Both the position numbers and the translations under genes were made by a program. 64,000 nucleotides of DNA from an uncultured Gammaproteobacteria bacterium. GTDB lineage: Bacteria; Pseudomonadota; Gammaproteobacteria; Steroidobacterales; Rariloculaceae. Location of the stretch: assembly GCA_964276105.1 (NCBI GenBank), contig CAXYEE010000017.1, positions 212 to 64,211 on the forward strand, read 5' to 3'. Below the pieces are notes generated by a model. It did no database searches and was not told where the DNA came from. It saw only the letters and a program-made list of their open reading frames with translations. Of the stretch, positions 30,330 to 39,125 are shown piece by piece; position 1 is the first letter of the stretch; each line of letters opens with the position of its first letter.

Positions 30330-30710
30330 TCAGACCACTAAGATAGCGTCTATCTCAACCGCAGCTGCTTTTGGGAGAGAAGCCACACCGACCGTAACTC
30401 GAGCTGGATACGGCTCTTCGAAATAATTACGCATAACCTTATTCACACTTTGAAAATTATCGAGATCTGTGAGATAGATAGTCAACTTCACAGCATGGGC
30501 AAGTTCAGATTCTGCGGCCTTAGCAATAGCACTAAGGTTTTCAAAAACCTGTTGTGCCTGAGCTTCAATGCCTCCGCTTACCAACTCCATAGTTGATGGA
30601 TCCAATGGGGTCTGACCTGAAAGATAAACAGTATCTCCAACACGAACTGCCTGACTATATGGGCCAATAGCAGCTGGTGCCGCGTTAGTATGAATAATTT
30701 GCTTTTTCAT
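30330..30710 (-). CDS. ridA: RidA/YjgF-family reactive intermediate deaminase
   Basis: 126 aa; [12 protein letters not shown] and [11 protein letters not shown] motifs. Confidence 0.9.
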   Translation of the reverse strand: MKKQIIHTNAAPAAIGPYSQAVRVGDTVYLSGQTPLDPSTMELVSGGIEAQAQQVFENLSAIAKAAESELAHAVKLTIYLTDLDNFQSVNKVMRNYFEEPYPARVTVGVASLPKAAAVEIDAILVV

Positions 30711-30719
30711 GAATTAAAA

Positions 30720-32873
30720 TTAGCTGGCGGGTCGAATAACACGTACCACGCCTGGGTTAGTGCGAATACTACGTATAACCTGAGCAAGATGCTGACGATC
30801 ACGCACATTTAACCGAAATATTAATATTGATTCATCGTCGTCTGTTTCAACATTGACGTGCGCAATATTACTTAGAGTTGCTGAAATTCTACCGGCAACC
30901 TCAGCAAGTAATCCAACACGGTTCAAGGTTTTTACCTGGATCTCTGATTGGAATTCTCCTTTGATTCCCTTACGCCAATCAATCGGAATCCACTTAGAGG
31001 GATGTTTGCGGTATTCGGCAACATTGTTGCAAATACTTCTATGTATTACCACGCCTCGACCAGTAGACATATACCCTACAATCTCATCACCAGGAATTGG
31101 ACGACAACACCCTGCATATGACACTAGAAGTCCCTCGGTCCCGGCAATATCTAATGGCTTGAGTTGATTTATTGTATCTCCCTCAACATCAACCTGTTGC
31201 GAAAGCATTCCAGCAATAACTGGAGCTAAACGTTCTCCAAGACCAAGCTGCTCATAAACCTCATCCATATCCGCCATTCCAAGCTCTTTAAGCAAACTAT
31301 TGATTCGCGACTTACCTAAACGCCTTAGATCTAAGGAGTACGGTCTTAATGACTGGCTCAAAAGACGTTTTCCTAATTCTCGAGCCTCGTCCTTTTTAAG
31401 CCCCTTAAGAAAATTTCTTATCGCATTCCGAGCCTTCGCAGTACTAACGAAATTAACCCAATAAGCCTGTGGTTTTGCTGACCGAGCAGTAACAATCTCA
31501 ACAGTTTCACCATTATTAAGAGTTGTCTTTAAAGGAACAGGTCGTCTATCTATCTTGGCAGCCACACATCTATTACCTACATCAGTATGTACTGCATAAG
31601 CAAAATCAACCGTACTCGCACCACGAGGCAACCTCAGAATCTCTCCACCGGGCGTAAACACATAAACTTTATCGGGGAAAAGATCTACTTTGACCGTCTC
31701 GAGAAATTCTTCCGAATTCGCTGCCTGCTGCATTTCCATAAGACCTTGTAACCAATCTCGAGCCCTAGCTTCTGCTGTATAAGTATATTTATCCACCGCT
31801 TTATATTGCCAATGAGAGGCCACACCCTTATCCGCTGCATGATCCATTTCCTCAGTCCGAATCTGAACCTCTAGCGGCATACCCTTAGGGCCAAATAAAG
31901 TTGTATGAAGAGACTGATAACCGTTCACCCGTGGAATAGAAATAAAATCTTTGAATCGCCCAGGCATCGGCTTATAAAGCTCGTGAACCAATCCAAGAAT
32001 ACGGTAACAAGTGTCAATATCGGGAACAACAATTCTTACACCAAAAACATCTACTATTTCAGAGAGATGAATTTTTTTACGTTTCATCTTTGAATAAATA
32101 CTATAAAGGTGTTTTTCTCGAGCCACTAATCTCCCATTAATTTCTCGAGCATTCATGCTTTTTTCAAGTCTAGCCTCAATTTTTCGTAGAAACTGACGCT
32201 GACTTCCGCTTGCTTTGCGAAGTGCGGTATCTAACACTCTGTATCGGAATGGGGCATAGGCCTTAAAGCCAAGATCTTCAAGTTCTGTTTTTAAACCATA
32301 GATTCCAAGCCGATTTGCTATGGGGGCATAAATCTCAAGCGTTTCCTTCGCTATGCGACGACGCCTTTCCATAGGCAGCGAATCAATCGTTTGCATGTTA
32401 TGCATTCGATCTGCAAGCTTGACGAGAATCACCCTAAGATCCTTAATCATCGCTAGAAGCATTTTGCGAAAACTTTCAGCCTGAGCTTCAGCTGCACTAT
32501 GAAAATTTAACTTGTCTAGCTTGCTAACACCATCTACAAGCGCTGCAACATCATCACCAAACCTGGTCTGTATGTCCTGCAGCGAGTAACTAGTATCTTC
32601 AAGAACATCATGTAGCAATGCAGCTTTAATCGTCCCAGCATCAAGGTGCAAATCAGCGAGAATCTTGGCAACTGCTATTGGATGACTAATGTAAGGATGA
32701 CCACTCAGGCGTTGTTGTCCTTCATGAGCTCTTGCGCTTAACTCATGTGCATCAACAATTCCCTCAAGGTCTTCCTCCGAGAGATAAGTTTCTAAGGTTG
32801 CTACCAGCCGCCTAAATTCATCCCCCCGCCAAACTGCAGAAAGTCTTTCTCGGAGAGCAGCAGCATTATTCAT
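30720..32873 (-). CDS. spoT: Bifunctional (p)ppGpp synthetase/hydrolase SpoT
   Basis: 717 aa; HD hydrolase (HPIAVA..., LLHDVLEDT), synthetase, TGS and ACT regions; follows rpoZ. Confidence 0.93.
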   Translation of the reverse strand: MNNAAALRERLSAVWRGDEFRRLVATLETYLSEEDLEGIVDAHELSARAHEGQQRLSGHPYISHPIAVAKILADLHLDAGTIKAALLHDVLEDTSYSLQDIQTRFGDDVAALVDGVSKLDKLNFHSAAEAQAESFRKMLLAMIKDLRVILVKLADRMHNMQTIDSLPMERRRRIAKETLEIYAPIANRLGIYGLKTELEDLGFKAYAPFRYRVLDTALRKASGSQRQFLRKIEARLEKSMNAREINGRLVAREKHLYSIYSKMKRKKIHLSEIVDVFGVRIVVPDIDTCYRILGLVHELYKPMPGRFKDFISIPRVNGYQSLHTTLFGPKGMPLEVQIRTEEMDHAADKGVASHWQYKAVDKYTYTAEARARDWLQGLMEMQQAANSEEFLETVKVDLFPDKVYVFTPGGEILRLPRGASTVDFAYAVHTDVGNRCVAAKIDRRPVPLKTTLNNGETVEIVTARSAKPQAYWVNFVSTAKARNAIRNFLKGLKKDEARELGKRLLSQSLRPYSLDLRRLGKSRINSLLKELGMADMDEVYEQLGLGERLAPVIAGMLSQQVDVEGDTINQLKPLDIAGTEGLLVSYAGCCRPIPGDEIVGYMSTGRGVVIHRSICNNVAEYRKHPSKWIPIDWRKGIKGEFQSEIQVKTLNRVGLLAEVAGRISATLSNIAHVNVETDDDESILIFRLNVRDRQHLAQVIRSIRTNPGVVRVIRPAS

Positions 32874-32932
32874 GTTTAATTTCTATGCCTTGCCCGGACC
32901 GGCACGCCGGATCTGCATGTTTTTAATTGCTG

Positions 32933-33226
32933 CTATCGAATAGGCGCTGCTGAACGATTTGACAAAGGTTCCTCGTTAAGGGCCGCGGCAGCCTGCTCTG
33001 CCTCAAGCAGTTCATCTAAAGACTGGTCTGGCTGCTCAAGTATGCTTTCTGTTATGTGGCCTTCGGCCACCTCACGCAAAGCTACCACTGTTGGCTTGTC
33101 ATTCTCCCAAGGCACCAAGGCTTCAGCGCCATTCGCAAGTTGGCGGGCGCGCTTTGATGCTACGAGTACTAACTGGAACGTGTTCTCTACACTTCCAATG
33201 CAGTCTTCTACTGTTATTCGGGCCAC
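32933..33226 (-). CDS. rpoZ: RNA polymerase omega subunit
   Basis: [10 protein letters not shown]...[12 protein letters not shown]; 97 aa. Confidence 0.95.
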   Translation of the reverse strand: MARITVEDCIGSVENTFQLVLVASKRARQLANGAEALVPWENDKPTVVALREVAEGHITESILEQPDQSLDELLEAEQAAAALNEEPLSNRSAAPIR

Positions 33227-33341
33227 GTTGAGCCCTCCTTTAAATGCGATCTATTAGTTTCAGTTTACTGCAATCGCCCTAAGTCTGCCCACAAAAGAAA
33301 TCAAGTGGATCGATTAAAAGCATCAAACACTAATAAAAAAC

Positions 33342-33968
33342 TCAAGATTTCAATATATTCTGTGCTTTTCGTCGAATTTTCAGCGACGTAGTTAGATTAG
33401 TAGGGTCTCGATCATCCAATATAGACTCGAATTCTTTAACCGAGGTTTCCAAGTCTTCGCTAATTAAAACATAATCAAATGCATCCCAATGCACCATATC
33501 TGTGAGTGCGTCTCTCAATCGTCTATTTATTGATGCTTCTGAATCGGTACCTCGACCTCTGAGACGACGCTCCAACTCCTTAAGACTCGGCGGAAGAATA
33601 AATATCCCAATAGCATCTGCAGTGCGAGACCGAACTTGACTTGCACCTTGCCAGTCAATTTCAAGTAAAACCGTTTCGCCTTGTTGCAATAGCCCATCAA
33701 CATGCTCTCTGCTTGTTCCATACCAATGATCAAAAACCCGCGCAGACTCGAGGAAAGCATCTTTTGAAAGCATTGCATCAAATTCTTCCTCTTCAACAAA
33801 GAAATAGTCTTGACCATGGATCTCTGACTGCCTTGGATGCCTAGTCGTGTACGAGACTGAAAATCTTATCCAAGGTCGGCGACGGATTAGCTCATGAACT
33901 AGGGTTGTCTTTCCAGCACCAGACGGCGCTGATACGACAATTAGACTACCTCGCTTATGCCCTGACAC
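33342..33968 (-). CDS. gmk: Guanylate kinase
   Basis: P-loop SAPSGAGKTTL; SVSYTTRHPR. I prefer the GTG start at 33968, 4 nt after the yicC stop (about 208 aa). The track's TTG start at 34010 would overlap yicC by 38 nt. Confidence 0.9.
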   Translation of the reverse strand: MSGHKRGSLIVVSAPSGAGKTTLVHELIRRRPWIRFSVSYTTRHPRQSEIHGQDYFFVEEEEFDAMLSKDAFLESARVFDHWYGTSREHVDGLLQQGETVLLEIDWQGASQVRSRTADAIGIFILPPSLKELERRLRGRGTDSEASINRRLRDALTDMVHWDAFDYVLISEDLETSVKEFESILDDRDPTNLTTSLKIRRKAQNILKS

Positions 33969-33972
33969 TTCA

Positions 33973-34839
33973 CTACTCCAGATTTTGCGCTTGCTCACGC
34001 ATTTGCTCAATCAGCACCTTGAGGTCAACACTATCACGGGTTAAGTCACCATCCTGCACTTTAGAAGCTAAAGTGTTTGCCTCACGATTCAGTTCTTGAA
34101 TTTGAAAATCAAGGCGTCGGCCTATTGGTTCTTCAAGACAAAGCATCTCCTCCAGCTCCTCTACATGACCTTCAAGACGGTCGATTTCCTCTGAAATATC
34201 TAAACGCTGTATAAGCAATACAGCTTCCTGTTCTAATCTTTCTGGTTTTAAGTCAATACTTAATTGTTCAAATTTTTTCAAAAATTTTTCATACTGACGT
34301 TTCTCCACCTCTAGGATACGAGGGCGTATAAGCGAAATAATTTTTGAGATTCCATTACAACGCTCTAAGAGTGCAGCTACTAAACGACCACCCTCGCTTT
34401 TACGGGCCACCACAAGTGAGTTTATTGCATTATCCAATGATTCTATAACAGCTTTTTCTAGAGTTGCGTCCATACGATTTGTCTCTATCAAAACCCCTGG
34501 CCAACGCAGCAACTCGCCCACTGTAAGTTGATCCGCATCCGGAAATATTGCTTGTACTTCAGATTGAAGTACACCCGCTTGTCTAAGAATTTTATTATTT
34601 AGTGTCGTTTTCTGCGTATATCCCTCTGCCAAGGTAGCCTTTAAGGTGCAATCAATTCTGCCGCGACTAAGTGCCGTATTAACTCGAGCGCGACAGTCTG
34701 GCTCAAAACGGCGCAGATCTTCTGGAAGTCGCATTGAAACCTCTAAGAATCGATGGTTCACACTACGAAGCTCCCAAACAATTTTTAATGGCTCAACTGT
34801 TGCTTCAGATCTGGCAAATCCAGTCATACTTTTTGGCAT
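33973..34839 (-). CDS. yicC: YicC-family stress-induced protein
   Basis: 288 aa; MTGFAR start, SVNHRFLE, C-terminal EIDRL...ELNREANTL...LKVLIEQMREQ.QN.E pattern. Confidence 0.88.
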   Translation of the reverse strand: MPKSMTGFARSEATVEPLKIVWELRSVNHRFLEVSMRLPEDLRRFEPDCRARVNTALSRGRIDCTLKATLAEGYTQKTTLNNKILRQAGVLQSEVQAIFPDADQLTVGELLRWPGVLIETNRMDATLEKAVIESLDNAINSLVVARKSEGGRLVAALLERCNGISKIISLIRPRILEVEKRQYEKFLKKFEQLSIDLKPERLEQEAVLLIQRLDISEEIDRLEGHVEELEEMLCLEEPIGRRLDFQIQELNREANTLASKVQDGDLTRDSVDLKVLIEQMREQAQNLE

Positions 34840-34977
34840 TTTTACACCTAATTTTTTCTCTAAAAATCAACTTCAAAGTCAAATGGAAGCAAATATATCT
34901 TGTAAAGTCTAAGATATGAGGAGATCTGGCACGAGCCTATTTAATAATTGCAGATATAAACGAATCAAATCTTGTAG

Positions 34978-35012
34978 GCAATTGAAAATCTAAAATTAAT
35001 GTTTTCAATTGC
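34978..35012. promoter_or_regulatory. Perfect 11-bp inverted repeat (GCAATTGAAAA-N13-TTTTCAATTGC) in the yicC/rph divergent spacer
   Basis: Arms at 34978-34988 and 35002-35012 are exact reverse complements; the repeat ends 42 nt upstream of the rph ATG. Confidence 0.4.
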
Positions 35013-35053
35013 AGCTTTGTCTTGCTTATTTGGATTGAACTTAGGAGTTGATG

Positions 35054-35776
35054 ATGCGCCCTAGTGGTAGGAATCCCGAAGAAATGCGGCTTGTCAGTTT
35101 CACCAGGGACTACTTGCCCTATGCAGAAGGTTCAGTGTTAGTGGAGTTTGGAAACACACGTGTTTTGGCTACTGCAAGCCTAGAGTCACGAGTGCCCCGC
35201 TTCCTAAAAGGTAAAGGCGAAGGATGGGTAACAGCCGAATATGGAATGCTCCCACGCGCCACCCATACTAGAAATCAGCGTGAGGCTGCAAGGGGTAAAC
35301 AAAGCGGTCGAACGCTCGAAATACAGAGACTAATAGGGCGAAGCTTAAGGGCCGTAGTAGATCGTGTGGCTCTTGGAGAACGAACAATAACAATTGACTG
35401 TGATGTATTACAAGCAGACGGTGGTACCCGTACAGCCTCGATAACAGGAGGGTATATTGCACTAGCTCTTTCAGTTAAAAAACTCCTCAATGAAGGTCAA
35501 CTGACACATAACCCTATCCACGGTAAAGTAGCGGCAGTGTCTGTTGGCATATACAAAGGTCAACCAGTTCTTGACTTGGACTATGATGAAGATTCCGAGG
35601 CCGAGACCGACATGAACATAGTCATGAACGAAGCTGGGGGGTTCATCGAGGTTCAGGGCACTGCTGAAGGACATGCATTCCAAAGAAGTGAATTTGATCG
35701 GCTGTTAGATCTAGCGGCAAAAGGAATAGATGAGCTCGTCGAGAAACAGGATATCGCTATCGGTCAACAAATATAA
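35054..35776 (+). CDS. rph: Ribonuclease PH
   Basis: MRPSGR start with SD AGGAG 6 nt upstream (the track ORF begins at TTG 35048); [18 protein letters not shown] motif. Confidence 0.95.
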   Translation: MRPSGRNPEEMRLVSFTRDYLPYAEGSVLVEFGNTRVLATASLESRVPRFLKGKGEGWVTAEYGMLPRATHTRNQREAARGKQSGRTLEIQRLIGRSLRAVVDRVALGERTITIDCDVLQADGGTRTASITGGYIALALSVKKLLNEGQLTHNPIHGKVAAVSVGIYKGQPVLDLDYDEDSEAETDMNIVMNEAGGFIEVQGTAEGHAFQRSEFDRLLDLAAKGIDELVEKQDIAIGQQI

Positions 35777-36384
35777 TGGAGAATCGTTGGGTCTTCGCAA
35801 GCGGTAATCCTGGAAAACTGAATGAGGTGAAGGCAGTCTTATCACCAACTGGTCTAAAAATAGTACCGCAGAGCGATTTCAATATAGATCCGGTAGAAGA
35901 GACTGGTTTAACGTTTTTAGAAAATGCTCTTCAGAAAGCAAGACATGTTGCTTTGCAGACTGGGCAGCCAGTAATTGCTGATGATTCTGGGTTAGTAGTC
36001 GATGCTTTGTCAGGGCAACCTGGCATTCGATCAGCACGCTTTGCGGGAGAAAATTCGGATGATAATGATAATGTTGATAAGTTACTAAACGCGCTAGAAA
36101 ACGTATCTAAAGCATGCCGGGGAGCACATTTTTACTGCGTTGTAATAGCAATAAAAGGTCCAACTGATCCAGCCCCATTAATTGGTATTGGCACTTGGTC
36201 TGGAGTTATTACCAAGGTGCCGAGAGGAGAATATGGGTTTGGGTATGACCCAGTCTTTCTGATTCCAAAGCTCAAATGTACAGCGGCTGAGCTCCCACCG
36301 GAGGTGAAAAATCGCCTAAGTCATAGAGCCCAAGCTTTGGCTAAAATTCAAGGATTACTATCTATAAACGGCAACCATGGCTAA
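35776..36384 (+). CDS. rdgB: dITP/XTP pyrophosphatase RdgB (Ham1 family)
   Basis: FASGNPGKLNE, DDSGL, FGYDPVF, SHRAQAL motifs; TAATG overlap with rph. Confidence 0.93.
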   Translation: MENRWVFASGNPGKLNEVKAVLSPTGLKIVPQSDFNIDPVEETGLTFLENALQKARHVALQTGQPVIADDSGLVVDALSGQPGIRSARFAGENSDDNDNVDKLLNALENVSKACRGAHFYCVVIAIKGPTDPAPLIGIGTWSGVITKVPRGEYGFGYDPVFLIPKLKCTAAELPPEVKNRLSHRAQALAKIQGLLSINGNHG

Positions 36385-36469
36385 TGATCATGTGGTATTA
36401 AAGCGACTTTTTATGCACAACTAGCAACTAGTCTCAGTCAATCAAGGCTGTTGCAGCTTAAATCTCGAG

Positions 36470-36560
36470 CAAAAAATCTTTTTAATCTTATAACTATCTG
36501 TTTTATATAAATATCTTATATATGATCATTTTTTCGCCAATTTAGAATAAATAGCATTAG
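36470..36560. other. Highly AT-rich tract with four ATCT-initiated short repeats (DUE-like)
   Basis: ATCT at 36476, 36485, 36496 and 36513 (ATCTTTTTAATC, ATCTTATAACT, ATCTGTTTTATAT, ATCTTATATATGATC), resembling E. coli oriC 13-mers GATCTnTTnTTTT. GATC at 36524. Confidence 0.3.
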
Positions 36561-36590
36561 TAACACGGGCTTGCAGCATAATTTAGCAAG

Positions 36591-36625
36591 TCTTCCACAC
36601 AGTTATCCACAGTATTTGTGGATAA
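36591..36625. promoter_or_regulatory. Cluster of three DnaA-box sequences, two of them perfect and head-to-head
   Basis: TCTTCCACA (36591-36599, 2 mismatches); TTATCCACA (36603-36611, perfect); TGTGGATAA (36617-36625, perfect on the opposite strand). Consensus is TTATCCACA. Confidence 0.6.
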
Positions 36626-36754
36626 ATAATTTTCATGCCTCACCTGGGTTTTATCTGCTAAATTGTGTCTAACCTTCTTAAAATATAGGGTTATGTCTTG
36701 TTTTGAGCCTGCGAGAGAAGTATGCTCACGCGCCGTTTAAGTAAAGATTCGGAT

Positions 36755-36976
36755 ATGAAGCCCGAAATACATCCAGACTATGCCGATATTAAAGTAGCAT
36801 GTAGCTGCGGTAACGAGTTTACCACTCGTTCAACCCTCGGCCGGGACCTGCAGGTTGAAGTCTGCTCTGCCTGTCACCCTTTCTACACTGGCAAACAGAA
36901 GATAGTCGATAGCGGTGGGCGAGTTGATAAGTTTCGTCAGCGTTATGGGCGTTCATCAGAGACAGAACCAACTTAA
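36755..36976 (+). CDS. rpmE: 50S ribosomal protein L31 (zinc-binding type A)
   Basis: MKPEIHPDY start; CSCGNEF...[10 protein letters not shown] Cys motifs. The track ORF begins 11 codons earlier (36722), which homologues do not support. Confidence 0.93.
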   Translation: MKPEIHPDYADIKVACSCGNEFTTRSTLGRDLQVEVCSACHPFYTGKQKIVDSGGRVDKFRQRYGRSSETEPT

Positions 36977-37152
36977 GCATATAAGAGTGACGTTAACGTT
37001 AGGTAACACAGAGTTACCTCTGCGCTGCTATAATAAGCCTCTTTGTTACCGCCTAAGCCCCTAGTCGGTCTTAACAATGCATGTTATGGCTTTGGATTTG
37101 ATTCCAATAAAAGCCAACTTAATAACAATTATAAGGGAGTCACTTTGTACGT

Positions 37153-38451
37153 ATGAACGAGAAGACTTTCACATTGACCAATCAAGACTCTGGGAAAGAG
37201 CTCGGTCTAGAGCGCAAAGACGCGGTATTAGGCCCCAGTGTTGTGGATATAACCACGTTATACCGGGAACAAGGTGTATTCACCTATGATCCTGGCTTCG
37301 GTGCCACAGCCTGCTGTTCTAGCACTATTACCTATATCGATGGCGAGCAGGGTGTGCTCATGTATCGGGGCTACCCAATTGAACAACTAGCAGCGCACTC
37401 GACATATATCGAGGTTGCTTATTTGCTCATGTATGGAGAACTTCCTACACAGGAAGAGCTAACAGGATTTGATCAGTCTATCCGTAACCACACCATGTTA
37501 AATGAATCATTTCTTCGATTCTTTAACGGCTTTGATCATGATGCTCATCCAATGGCTATGGTTTCTGGAATCGTTGCTTGTATGTCAGCGTTCTACCATG
37601 ACTCAACAGATATTCAGGATGCAGCCCATAGAGATGTATTTGCTCATCGTATTATTGCGAAAATACCAACGATTGCAGCTGCTGCTTATAAACACTCGCT
37701 TAAACAACCCTTTGTTTATCCTAAAAATGAATTAGATTACTGTAGCAATTTGCTGCATATGCTTTTTTCTGTGCCAACTGGATCCTATGAGGTTGATCCG
37801 ATCGCCGCCGAAGCACTAAACCTTTTATTCATACTGCATGCTGACCATGAACAAAATTGCAGCACTTCAACTGTAAGGTTAGCTGGAAGCTCCGGCACAA
37901 ATCCGTATTCTGCTATCTCCGCTGGTATCTCAGCACTCTGGGGTCCTGCCCATGGTGGTGCGAATGAGGCCGTGATCAATATGCTTGAGGAAGTTGGTAG
38001 CTCGGAAAACATTACGCAATATGTTGCTAAGGCAAAAGATAAAAATGACCCCTTTCGATTAATGGGTTTTGGACATCGTGTCTATAAGAGTCATGATCCA
38101 AGAGCAACAATAATTCGAAAAATGTGTCATCGCGTACTAGAGAAGCTAGGCCGTGAACAAGACACGCCATTGTTTGAGCTGGCATTGGAACTCGAGCAAA
38201 TCGCATTGAAAGATTCTTATTTCATTGAAAAGAACCTCTATCCAAATGTTGATTTCTATTCGGGGATCATCTATCAAGCTTTAGGCATACCAAAATCTAT
38301 GTTTACCGTGATGTTTGCTATTGCCCGAACGGTTGGATGGGTCGCTCAATGGCGTGAAATGGTAAGAGACCCAGAGTCACGCATCGGCAGACCACGCCAA
38401 CGATACATAGGCCCAGGCGAACGAAACTATATACCCATTACTAATCGTTAG
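37153..38451 (+). CDS. gltA: Type II citrate synthase
   Basis: 432 aa; [30 protein letters not shown] motifs. Confidence 0.95.
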   Translation: MNEKTFTLTNQDSGKELGLERKDAVLGPSVVDITTLYREQGVFTYDPGFGATACCSSTITYIDGEQGVLMYRGYPIEQLAAHSTYIEVAYLLMYGELPTQEELTGFDQSIRNHTMLNESFLRFFNGFDHDAHPMAMVSGIVACMSAFYHDSTDIQDAAHRDVFAHRIIAKIPTIAAAAYKHSLKQPFVYPKNELDYCSNLLHMLFSVPTGSYEVDPIAAEALNLLFILHADHEQNCSTSTVRLAGSSGTNPYSAISAGISALWGPAHGGANEAVINMLEEVGSSENITQYVAKAKDKNDPFRLMGFGHRVYKSHDPRATIIRKMCHRVLEKLGREQDTPLFELALELEQIALKDSYFIEKNLYPNVDFYSGIIYQALGIPKSMFTVMFAIARTVGWVAQWREMVRDPESRIGRPRQRYIGPGERNYIPITNR

Positions 38452-39082
38452 TATTCTGAATTAGTTCGTGTTTTGCCTGACTGCTTAAAAGTTTAAGTAT
38501 CTTACCTGCATGTGCTCGACGTATTGGACGTCGGTCGATGGGGCTCATAGGAGCTTGACGTAACCCTTTCTCAGGAAAAACTAGGGCGTCAATTCGTTCG
38601 CCTCGATAGGTAAATCGAAAGCCTGGGATTAACGAAGGACCTCGGCTGTCATATCGATAGCGGCGTTGACAATTTCGGTAGGTAACTCCGCACTCCTCCA
38701 GTTTCATGGCAACGTCTTCTGGAGCATCCGAAAATAAGTGAAGCTCGATAAATGAGTTTGCCGTAATGGTTCCAGTTAATACAGATCCTGCTAATCTCGT
38801 CTCAAACTCTGAAAGGATTGTCATAACCTCAATAGCCAATCTTCTTAGCTCAGCCAAATATTTATCATGCTCGTCCGGTTCAAAAATTCTATTCCACTCT
38901 CTTACACAATTTTCAATTTCAGCATTGCTTGGGAGTGCCCCTGCTTCTCGAACTCCAAACCGATGCGCTGCCTTACGCTTAGCTAATCCATAGTCCTGGA
39001 TGCCGTGTTCGTTGACAAGTCTAGCTGATTCCTGAGCTAATCTTTCACGCAATTCAATAATGCTAAACCCTTGCCTAGACAT
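38441..39082 (-). CDS. Conserved hypothetical protein, possibly minimal nucleotidyltransferase fold
   Basis: 213 aa, soluble. [21 protein letters not shown] loosely fits the polymerase-beta NTase pattern hG[GS]-x(9-13)-[DE]h[DE]h. No confident family call. Confidence 0.4.
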   Translation of the reverse strand: MSRQGFSIIELRERLAQESARLVNEHGIQDYGLAKRKAAHRFGVREAGALPSNAEIENCVREWNRIFEPDEHDKYLAELRRLAIEVMTILSEFETRLAGSVLTGTITANSFIELHLFSDAPEDVAMKLEECGVTYRNCQRRYRYDSRGPSLIPGFRFTYRGERIDALVFPEKGLRQAPMSPIDRRPIRRAHAGKILKLLSSQAKHELIQNTND

Positions 39083-39125
39083 AGTGACATTCCCCTATTA
39101 GCCAGAATTCTATCCGACCAGATAT

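Noticed and set aside
36722-36754. Upstream ATG giving L31 an 11-aa N-terminal extension ([11 protein letters not shown])
   Set aside because: L31 proteins begin MKxxIHP. The extension is not family-like, although a purine-rich stretch precedes 36722, so it cannot be fully excluded.
37001-37019. Hairpin AGGTAAC-acaga-GTTACCT after rpmE as an intrinsic terminator; TATAAT at 37029-37034 as the gltA -10
   Set aside because: No U-tract follows the 7-bp stem, and no acceptable -35 lies 17 bp upstream of the TATAAT. Both are too weak to call.
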